Below are positions 12,401-22,205 of a stretch of 64,000 bases of DNA, one piece after another. Every line of letters starts with the position of its first letter. The stretch's first letter is position 1. Both the position numbers and the translations under genes were made by a program. Source of the DNA: Vicugna vicugna. Its lineage: Eukaryota. The stretch spans positions 868,001 through 932,000 of the forward strand of contig MU057865.1 in the NCBI GenBank assembly GCA_013265495.1. Reading direction: 5' to 3'. A model generated the notes under the pieces. It did no database searches, was not told the origin of the DNA, and worked only from the letters and a program-made list of their open reading frames with translations.

Positions 12401-12518
12401 ACATGATGAAATATATTTGGTAACTGAAACATTGTCAACTATCTAGAAATTTGGCTCTCTTCTTCACTTAACGTTTGTCAACGAAGCCCTAAGATTTCCA
12501 GTAAAAATACAGAGCTAA

Positions 12519-12577
12519 CCACTGGAATTTGACACAACATTGTAAAATGACTATAACTCAATTAACAAATGTTTTGA
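12519..12577 (+). mobile_element. Extremely 5'-truncated young L1 3' stub (~59 bp)
   Basis: Matches the last ~55 nt of the young L1 3'UTR; perfect 16-bp TSD aaaaatacagagctaa at 12503-12518 and 12578-12593. Confidence 0.92.
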
Positions 12578-12869
12578 AAAAATACAGAGCTAAGAATTTT
12601 TTCACAGGTGCTTCTCACTTCCTACCCCACTCTGATGTCTGGGTCCTTGCCATCTTGACTCACTCTCTCCCACCACCATCCATCACCCTTCCCATTTATT
12701 CCCTTGCAGTCTTGCCTCTTGCGTGCTGGAATTCTCACTTTCCCTGGAATATTCACCACTCATGTGTCACTTTCTCACTCTACAATTCCCCTTCAATCCT
12801 TCTGTTCCTCTTTATTCTGTGATTGACTCTCCCCGAGAAGCCATTTGCGATCCCCTATGATGAAGAATT

Positions 12870-13116
12870 CCCTATAAAAATAAATTATATTGTGCTGTGT
12901 TTGGGAGATAAACTTGAGGGGGTAAACAGCTGTACACAGCAGCTCTGCACAAACAAGTTTCAAGCAAAATCCAACCAGCTGCTCAGCATGAACCCTCCGA
13001 GAGCTGAGATCAGCTGTTGTACTATCCAACCGTTGCTCGACAGAAAGCCAGGCTTGCTGGGAGAGAAATGAAAGAAGAGCATCACCAGGGGATCGAAGCC
13101 AGGATAACAGGTGAGA
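12870..13116 (+). promoter_or_regulatory. Candidate bHLH/E-box enhancer or promoter with possible first exon
   Basis: CAGCTG at 12927, 12976 and 13011; GTAAACA at 12922; AGATAA at 12906; TATAAAA at ~12873; donor CAG|GTGAGA at 13110/13111. Confidence 0.4.
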
Positions 13117-13559
13117 TGGGTACCGTTCAAAGAAGAAGGCTACAATGATCATCCTTCTTTACTGACATTGGCATATTTCATCAGGAGCAAACCAAGATGA
13201 CTTTAGGAACATGTTGTTTAAAAAAGGACATTGATGTCAGCATTGCTGAGAACTTTTGATGCATATACGTCTTCTCTTTTACTATAAAACACCAGAGGTT
13301 GATGGTAGAAATGAAAATCACCCCCAACCTCTTCAAGACGTTATAGCCATAGACGTTTCTGCTTATATATCTTTAAACTCAACTTGGAGTTTCCTGAGGT
13401 TTCACCTTCTTCCTGTAAGTTTTTTTTTTAAGATGACAATTAATCTGTATTTGATGAAAAAGGTCATAAATATCAAAGATTGATTTGGAACTTAATGGTT
13501 TTCTAGTCCCACCTTTTCAATGCTCTTTTCAGCACTTTTCTTGCTCAAATCCCCTCCAC

Positions 13560-14000
13560 TCTGTACTCAGTGACCTCGAGCGAAAGAAAACTCCTGCTTC
13601 TAAAAGCAGTCATCTGATGGAGAATCTTTGACAGATTTCCTTGTGTGGAGCTAAAATTAGCCTTTTCAAAAGGCCCACCAGGTTTCTTGTGGTCAGACAG
13701 AACAAGGGGACCTTTGTCAATTGTTTGAAGCAAACTAATCTCCATGATACACTCAGTCTTCCTTAGTCCAAGCTAAACTTTGCCAGTTCCTTTACCTGAA
13801 TATCCTGTCATGAATTCAGTTCCTTCCGGCATCCATCCTTTGGACACGTTCCAGCTTATCTCTCTTAAACTTTAAGGCTCAGAATTATGTGAAATATGTA
13901 AATTGATGCCAGAGAAGTAAAGGAGAGGACATGTTACTCCACCGCATCTCTAACTACGCCTAGATGGGCAAAGCTGAATATTGGCGCAAACTTCTAGGTG
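13560..14000 (-). mobile_element. L3/CR1 LINE fragment (ancient)
   Basis: 'ccaagctaaac...cagttcctttacc...ctttggacacgttccagcttatctctcttaaac...cagaatt' resembles antisense CR1/L3 ORF2. Confidence 0.4.
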
Positions 14001-14869
14001 CTAACATTAGACCTGTTAAATTTTACCGCATTATATTCAGCTCCTAAATTCAGGCTTCTGTGGACCCCAGTTCTGTCATACAACATACTTTCTACCCTTC
14101 CATATTCAAGCCATCAAAAAAATCGCAGAATCATTGTTCTCTATCAATTTCTGCATTAAACTTCCAAACTTTATTAAACTAAGTCACCATCATAAAAATG
14201 CATATCAGAACATCACTTTAACCTCTCCTTGTCTCACCCCATGACCCTGTATCAGGACTTCCCTGGTTACTTTGTAAAGGTATCATTTAACCACCTCTGG
14301 CTGGCTTTCACTGGTAAAGAGATACCTACGTGTTGAACACACGTGTTTTTGTTAAGAACACTATTAGAGCATTGCTTGTTATGTTGAACAAGGTCTCCCC
14401 ACATAAAGTTTGTTCTTTTCAAATGATTCTCTGAATTAAGGACCAAAAAAAAAGGAAAAAAAATTAATCACAAAATGAAAGCTATATATTTCATGAAAGT
14501 TCCTCATTTGCATCATTAGTAGAAGGTTCAGAATATGATTTGTAGTAAATACTTATAAACTTTCATTTATGTGAATATTTTGATAGTATTTTCATTTATA
14601 TAATGCTTTATTATTTTGATTTTACCTTTTATGATATAGTTATATTGGTTGTTCGTTAGATTTTAAACCAAATAAAATGAAGTAGTTAATTGGTATAATT
14701 ATTAAATAAGAGAGGATTAAGAACAGAAATCACCCCTCTGTTTCCATAATCATTCTTGTAGGTTAATTTTAATCCCTTAGTATTCTTTCGATATCCATAG
14801 TCAAGTGGTTACTTATCCCGTATATTTAGCACAATGTAGTCAATTCTTTTAAATGAAATGTTGAAACTC

Positions 14870-15330
14870 ACAATCTTTCCCCATCTCACACTAACTCCAC
14901 AGATCTCTCCAAGCCAGTTTTCTTCTTAATAACGTCACTAAGCTATACTTGTCAAGATTGCCAGTGGTTCCCGTATGATTAAACCCAGTCGTTACTTCTC
15001 AATTTACATCCCACCTAACTTCCTTACAGTATGCAATCTCTTCATTGTTTTAGGCAGCATTCAATGGGGATCCCCTTTGCTTGAGTTGGCTTTCTTTTCC
15101 TAGTTTCACCTGCTCCTTAGTGTTAAATCTCAACTCATTATACCTTAAATAGCTCATGGATTTTTTTCATCAAAAAACTAACGAATATTTGATTTTTTGG
15201 GGTCTGTCTCTAAATTATATATTTCATGACACTGAGAGCTTGCCTGTGTTTTTACTTGTATATTCTGAGTACTCCAAATAGCCACTGGCAGATAAGGGAC
15301 ACTCAATAAATACATTCTGGATGAAGTAAT
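14870..15330 (+). mobile_element. L2 LINE fragments
   Basis: 'cttgtcaagattgccagtgg...' and terminal 'ctggcagataagggacactcaataaatacattctggatgaa'. Confidence 0.5.
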
Positions 15331-15559
15331 AAATCAGAGTTCTGACTTTACCAAAAAAGCTTCAAATAAACTTTACACAGAATATATAGCATTTTCATAC
15401 TGCTTGCTTTTCCTGTATAGCAAAAAAAAAAAAAGTCAAGGATGTCCAATTATCCAGTTATGATGATGAATGTACAGAGTCAAATAAAACAGCTCAGTTA
15501 AAAATGATGTTAGAGCTTTCAGCATCAGTATATAGCCTGGTTAATATATTTGAATAATG

Positions 15560-16150
15560 TTTTACAGCTTTCAAAATTTGTTCCCATGTATCAACTCATT
15601 TGAATCTAACATTAACATGGTAAAATAGCCAGAGTAATATTATGATCTTGATTTTTCAGATGAAAAACAAACAAAAACAATGAAACAATAGGTGGAAAAG
15701 TTAAATTATTTTCCAAGAATGTCTCATTGTTTGGACCTGCCTTTTGTATATTTGCACTTATTCCAAGAAAATCCAGACATCTCCATCTTAAATTTGATCA
15801 TGGTGTTAAATTAGCTGTGTGATTTGTGTGAGTCAGCACTATTCACTGAGATTCAGTTGAATTATTTATAAAACTGGTACTAAACAGCCATCCTCATCAA
15901 TTTTTTTTAAGATTATGAACTCATTTGTCATATAAGAAAATTAATATGAAATATTTTTGACAAATTGAAAAAACTAAAGAATCACATAATTTCAGATAGA
16001 AGAAACCTTATCAATCAATATATGAAGTCTCTTATTATTTATAAAAGGGAACTGAGGTCCAGAATTGTTAAATGAGTTTCCGGGGACTCTGAGTCACTCT
16101 GGAGAGAAGGTGGGACCAAACTCTGGGAGTGGCCTTTCCCCACCACATCA
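15560..16150. mobile_element. Cluster of degenerate MIR fragments
   Basis: Core-like motifs 'tttttcagatgaaaaac' and 'gggaactgaggtccagaattgttaaatgagtttcc'. Confidence 0.5.
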
Positions 16151-17800
16151 CTTTGCTCTTTATTCAAACAAAAGTCTGACGTCACATTAACATGACAGTC
16201 ATATTCCTTTTACTTCCAGGATTGATATTATCAATAATATTTTGATACAATGAAAATACACAAGCATTATATGAGAATGGTAGAATTCAGATTGATTATC
16301 ACAATGTGAGTAGACCGAGTTTATAGTCCCTTTCTAGAGCAAGTTCAATATTCCTCAAATTAAGAACTTCTGATCATTTCCGTATAGTTGGAAAAAGCCA
16401 ACATCAAATAAAATTAAGCTCCTCCCATGCTAAAGAATCAAAATTGTAATAAGATGGCATTACTACACATCATGGAAGGGAGGGGAACAAACACAAAACT
16501 AACACATTTCAATTTGAGATGTCGCATATGAGGGGTATATTTTTTCGAGCTGGGTTAAGGCTAAAACCCCAGTAGGCTAACTGGCTAGTCTGAGTTAGAT
16601 CTGACCTCTTCCGCTTTCCAGACAAGAATCCCTTTCTTGCCTCAATATTCAGCCCAACTCCTAAACCATAAATCCCAAATCTTTATTTTCCATCAGTTTT
16701 CTCCCCTCATGACCATGTGGGCTTGCTTGTTCTTAGCTGTTTGCTAAAATATGAAGTAGGAGTCATTCACTATTGCTTAGGAGGATTTTTTGTTCTCAAC
16801 AAAAATGTTAATTTTTATATATGTGCCAACAGAGATGGGCCGTACTTGTGGTTGCTTTAGACAATTGTTACTCTACATTTATTATGATTTTCTTGACATT
16901 TGCTGAGAGCTACCAACAGTTTCAGTATTTGCTCCTTGGAATATAGCAAAGAAATGAAATTCAGAGGCTGCTGATCCAATGGAGTGATGCCCTCTGAAAC
17001 CACAATATTTGAGTCAACTGTATAATTTCCACAGAACTGGAAATGTCTCACAAATGTGTGAGGCAGGTGATTATCCAACAGATGGAGAGCACAAGGAGGT
17101 GGAGGATGGTGGGGTCACATCTAAGATTGTCCTCAGAAAGCTTGGTATGGAAGTGGTTAAGATGAGCAAAGAATAAAGGGAGATTTGGGAAAGAATAGAA
17201 CTCTGTTCTGTTCTACTTCTGAGTTGATTCCTTAGTGTCTTTTTAGACAATTCTCCTGATTACACAAATGATGAAGGCCTATTGGACCAGACTTGGCGAC
17301 AGGTCTTGAGTATGGGAGGCACATTGGTTCCCCATGAACTTAGAAGCTATATTTGAGCCCTCTCTGCCTCAGATCCCAAAAAGTTGACAGGGAAAACTGA
17401 AAAGACTCAATAAAGGTGAAGCTTGTAACAAAGCAATACATGAGCAAAGCAAAGTGTTTTCTCATCAGAAAGAGAAGGAGGTGAATGTCAGATATCTCAG
17501 AACAAGTGAGTGGTAGTGGCATCTTAGGGGGGTGGGAATGGAGAGAATTGACGGCCCCAAAGACTATGGGTGCTCAGAAGAGGTCAGAATCACCACGTGG
17601 GCAACCATGGGGGAGCAGGTTAATGTAGGAAGATTTTTTTTTTGACCAGGAGGCAAAAAATGAAAGGTTATCTTAAGATAAGAAAGGAAGGATGGCAGTA
17701 GTAGAGAAAATGGATATGTCTGGTCAGGTTGGAGGACTGCACCCAATCCCATCATGTGAGCACTGCTGTCAGAGAGTCAGAGGTTCATATACCACTAAAG

Positions 17801-17915
17801 TGACGTCAGTGCCACGGCAGCCCAGGGGGACAGCAGAACCGGGGCAGTGAGCTATCCTGCCCTGCCCAGCCCGTTCCGTCTCCTGCTTTGGGGGCTCTGA
17901 GAAGTTGTTATAAAG
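17801..17915 (+). promoter_or_regulatory. Candidate CRE-TATA module
   Basis: Full CRE TGACGTCA at 17801-17808, GC-rich spacer, TATAAAG at 17909-17915. Confidence 0.3.
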
Positions 17916-18180
17916 AGGAAAATGTTCAGCCCCAGCCTTTGCCGGTTAAGATATTGATTCCGGTTACTGTGGGGTCAATTACTAAGGAGGATTTATCTAT
18001 GACCCATAGACACACTCTTTTCCAGACACGTAAATTTGCTTTCCCAAAGTTAGCTTAGAATAGGCTATTTCACAACTGCTTTCTTGTATTTCATTGCGGG
18101 AAAAATAAATAGCAGATTATGATGCAATTTTAAATTCCAAGAAAATCAACTTAATCATACAATTTTGTCATCTGTTCGCC

Positions 18181-18330
18181 TTACTCATGTGTCAAAACAC
18201 TTTCTAAGAATGGCCATCTTCAAGGAGAGGCCCGGATGGCTTCTGGGAAATGGATGCATTTGAAGGGCTCCTGACAACTGAGTCATGTATAATGTTGGGA
18301 AAGGATGGAAGCCTGTTCCTTTGGGAAATG
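18181..18330. promoter_or_regulatory. Candidate STAT/AP-1 enhancer
   Basis: GAS motifs TTCTAAGAA (18202-18210) and TTCTGGGAA (18241-18249); AP-1 TGAGTCA (18279-18285). Confidence 0.35.
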
Positions 18331-18934
18331 TGCCTGGAGGAAAATACCTTTATTCGCTTCCTTTTTCTCTTGAGCAGAAAGCTCGGAAACTCTTTCATAC
18401 TCCCTTGGTCAAATAAAATAAAGACAGGTACTTTTTCTATGACTAGGTTTTGACTAATAGACAGTAAGGCAAGTGTACCCTTGCGTGGAGCACTGCTTAA
18501 TTTTCTTTGCACTTCAGCTAGAGGGGACCCATAGCTCAGGGCCAGCATGGATGTAGTTGCAATAAAAGTAGGAGCTATGAGCCATTTGTTCTTCTCTTCT
18601 GGAAATTTAACTATAGAGGTAACTGTGGGAATATGCTCAAATTTCATAAAAAGAAGTAAGGCTTAAATATTAAGGAATCTTGGACAAATGAGGAATTGTC
18701 TTTGCTTCTCACAAGTGTACACTTCCCACCTGCTAGAACACTTACTGACGTAATATTATATTACAGATGTCACGTAAATCTTGTAATGTGAACTAATTGC
18801 ACACATAACTTTGTTTAGGAGTCAAAGTCCTGCCCAACACACACAAACACACACACGCACGTGCACACACACACACACTCGACAAATTGAAGTCTTTCAA
18901 GAAGAGGGTATGTCTTCCAGCTCTTTGGATGCTT

Positions 18935-19480
18935 TCATTCACTTATGCATTTATTTATTTAAACAGATAATTTTGAATGCCTCTGATATGTTATAACTAT
19001 AAGCACTGTAACTAGGTCCTTAGTACACAAAATAAATTGATATCAGCCCGCGGAGAGATTGCAGTTTGTGGAGAAAATAAACAAGGAAATAAGCAAAGGA
19101 TAGATAAGGGCTCCAATGAGGAAGCCGTGGGATCCTATACAAGTGCCCAGCAGAGATACCGAGCTTGGTTCTAGGCACTCAGAGAAGACTTCCTGAGAGA
19201 GACGATATGGGAAACTGAAGTCTGAACAGAAGTTATTCAAGTGGAGATTTGAGGGAGAAATATTCCAGAAAGATGTAACATCATGGGTGAGGGCTGCTCA
19301 ACAAGGGGCAGTATGGTCTATGACAGGGTCTTAGAGAAAGGCGTTGTGGTTGGAGTGTAGACATCAGGTGGGGAAAAGAGGAGGGACAGATGGATCAGAG
19401 AGGAAATTTAGGGGAAGTGCAATCTCGGTTTTACAATCTTTGTAAGAGAGGATAAGGAACCTTGACTTTATCTTAGACCA
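18935..19480 (-). mobile_element. L2 LINE 3' fragment, antisense
   Basis: Starts 'tcattcacttatgcatttatttatttaaacagataattttgaatgcc...aagcactgtaactagg'; purine-rich body. Confidence 0.7.
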
Positions 19481-19799
19481 TGTGGCATCTGACTCTACCA
19501 CTTTCTTACAATTCGTGAGAACTCGGATACGTTATTTAACCATTTATGTCTACTTCCTCAACTCCAAAATGGATCAGATAATCTAAATGACACATTTTTT
19601 TCACATGACTGTGTCAGGATTTGCTCTCAGTGCCTCTGCCCTCAAATGCACCAAGGCTCTGTATAGCATACTACAGTTCTTTGACTTATGAGTAAATTAA
19701 ATTATACATTTTTTTCAATATCCTTAATATATAAAATGTGGATACACTTGTATCTTTACCTTTGTCCAAAAAATGATGATTAAAACCTTTACTTTAGGG

Positions 19800-20095
19800 A
19801 GGAAAGTCTTAGGGGAAATATAACTTTTTCAAATATGTGAAATCCTGTCGTTTTAAGATATAATGAGATTTTACTGCCCCAGAAGGCATAAGCAGGTTAT
19901 ATAGCTCAAATTTACAAGTAAGAAGATTTCAACTCAACTGAAGTTTTGAATAATTTGTAATATTCTCAAGTGCAGTAAGGTACTTCAAAGATAATGAACT
20001 TCCCATGATGGGAAGTGTCTAAATGGGGGCTCTATGACCATCTGTACAATATATAATAGGGAGATGGGAATTTGGAATAGATGACCCTTATGGTA
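19800..20095 (+). mobile_element. L3/CR1 LINE 3' end
   Basis: 'ttttcaaatatgtgaa...ccccagaaggc...agatttcaactcaa...gaacttcccatgatgggaagtgtctaa...ttggaatagatgaccctt' resembles the L3 3' end. Confidence 0.55.
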
Positions 20096-21909
20096 GACAG
20101 ATAGTGACATTACTTCCTTGATTATGTTTTTCTCAGGGTGATCAAAAGACCACATTATTGTCTCTATTTCCTGTGACCACCACCTAAAAACACATTCAGA
20201 TCACAAATGACTGAACAAAGGTACCCAAATGTATTAATCAGCTTCTACCTTAAGAAAGTGAATTAATAGACTCATCACATGATGGGTCATTTTCAAACAG
20301 AAAGTCCCTGTGACATTAGAACTACATTGCAACATGATACTAAATGGTACCAAACCCAGGCAAAGTTAGAAGACGACAGAGAAACCACACATAAGCAGAA
20401 AAAAAATGATGTTTTTCACTTCAGAGGTAAGCAGAGAATGGCACAGTCATGCAATTCCAAGCAGCCCCATGAGAGACTGGGAGAAACTTTATTTCCTGAT
20501 ATCATGAATTTTTATCATATTCAATTCATTTTTAAGACCTGGCCGATTATAGAAGAAAGCTTAATTTAGAAGTTGGTGCAGAGTGAATTGAAAACTAAAG
20601 AGGCAGAAGTCATAATACTCATATAGTGTTTATTCCTTTCACATCTGCTATTCCTTACCCTTAAGCCTGAAAAAATAAAGGACGGGGAGGAAGGAAGGGA
20701 AAAGAGAGAAAGAAAAGGACATATAGGCGTAATCCGTTGCATTGGGAAGAGATGGAGAATATTCTATTTGCAGGAGGTATTTGGAGCACAGGAAGGTCCT
20801 TTAGAGGTAGACGGGAGACTTTCCAAGATTTGCTCTTCTTGGATTGGTTTAGCCACTGCTTTTGTCTTCTCCTTTGAGCTCAGTTTTGCCATGGGCATTG
20901 ACAGTCAGACCATAGTCCTGTCATCTCATGCCCATGAGGACTCCCTTCCCGCCCTGTTAGCATTTTACTCTCCAACACTGACAGACGGTTCTTGTTTATT
21001 TCTACAGATTGTTCCGTCTGGTGTGCAAAGCACATATTATAATAAACTAATAACAACAAAACCTATTGTTTAAGCAATTTTTTTTCCTGTGATTGGGGGC
21101 ATAGGAAGTGGTCTGCAAATATCAAAATGAAGATCTTTTTCTTGCTCGCATACTCCTATACTTGCTTTTTATAGTTTCATTGCTTATGTGGTTCACCTAT
21201 ATTTAATTTCCCACTTTTGTATGTCAATGAGCTTAAATTCTAAGTCCTCTAAATATATATATTGAAATGAAAATTGAAAGTTTCATTCCTTAGAAAAAAA
21301 CTTGCCCTAATTGAAAAGTCTAAACATTCAGAAATTTAACCTAGAAACTTTTGGCATTGAAAAAGTAAGTTGATGTTTAACAATGCCTGAATAATCATAA
21401 CAACATCTTACACTTACATAGTGCTTTAAATTTTAAACAGTAAATTCTTAGAAACCACTGTCTCATTATTGACAAACATAATTAGAGGCTACTTTCATAA
21501 GTAAAGTCCTATGATATTGGTCGATAGACAATCATAGAGGATTAAGACTCAAGTAGTTCAAGTTCATTATTAGAGTTGGGGAAGCTGAGATATCAAAATG
21601 TCACCATATACACTATAAGTGAAATGTTGACATGGTGGAAGTACTTCAACAAAATAAAGACGCAAAGATTTTCACTTTAGTCCACATTACATTTTGATTA
21701 AATCACAATGAGTGAATATTGTTTTAATGATTTGAATTCCTGGATAAGACTGGTTCATTTGCTGGGGGTACTTTTTAGAGGCAATGGCTGTGAAAAGCCT
21801 GGACCTGCTTCCGAAACCGTCCAATATCCCTGGTCCTGCCATTATTTGCCTGGGCTCTGAGTCACTGTCCATGGTGCTGCCATGGTAGCCTCCTTCCTCC
21901 ACACCCCCA

Positions 21910-22205
21910 TTTTTTTTTTTTAAAGTACATTCAGTTTACAATGTGTTAATTTCTGATGTACAGCACAATGTTTCAGCCATACATGAATATACATATATTC
22001 ATTTTCATATTCTTTTTCACCATGAGCCACTACAAGATATTGAATATAGTAGTAGAGTCAGTTTATAATGTGTTAATTTCTGGTATACAGCATAATACTT
22101 CAGTTATATAGGAACATACATATATTCATCTTCGTGTCTTTTTTCACCATAGTCACTACAAGATATTGAATATAGTTCCCTGTGCTATGCAGTATAACCT
22201 TGTTG
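21910..22205 (-). mobile_element. L1 3'-end dimer (two tandem ~120-150 bp 3'UTR termini) in a single TSD
   Basis: Poly-T at ~21910-21921; two diverged copies; perfect 16-bp TSD tggtagcctccttcct at 21883-21898 and 22206-22221. Confidence 0.88.

Noticed and set aside
18204..18647. 147-aa minus-strand ORF and 67-aa plus-strand ORF
   Set aside because: No recognisable domain or convincing splice context; the length is plausible by chance and a regulatory reading fits better.
19998..20016. Palindrome acttcccat-g-atgggaagt
   Set aside because: It lies inside the L3/CR1 remnant and has no other support.
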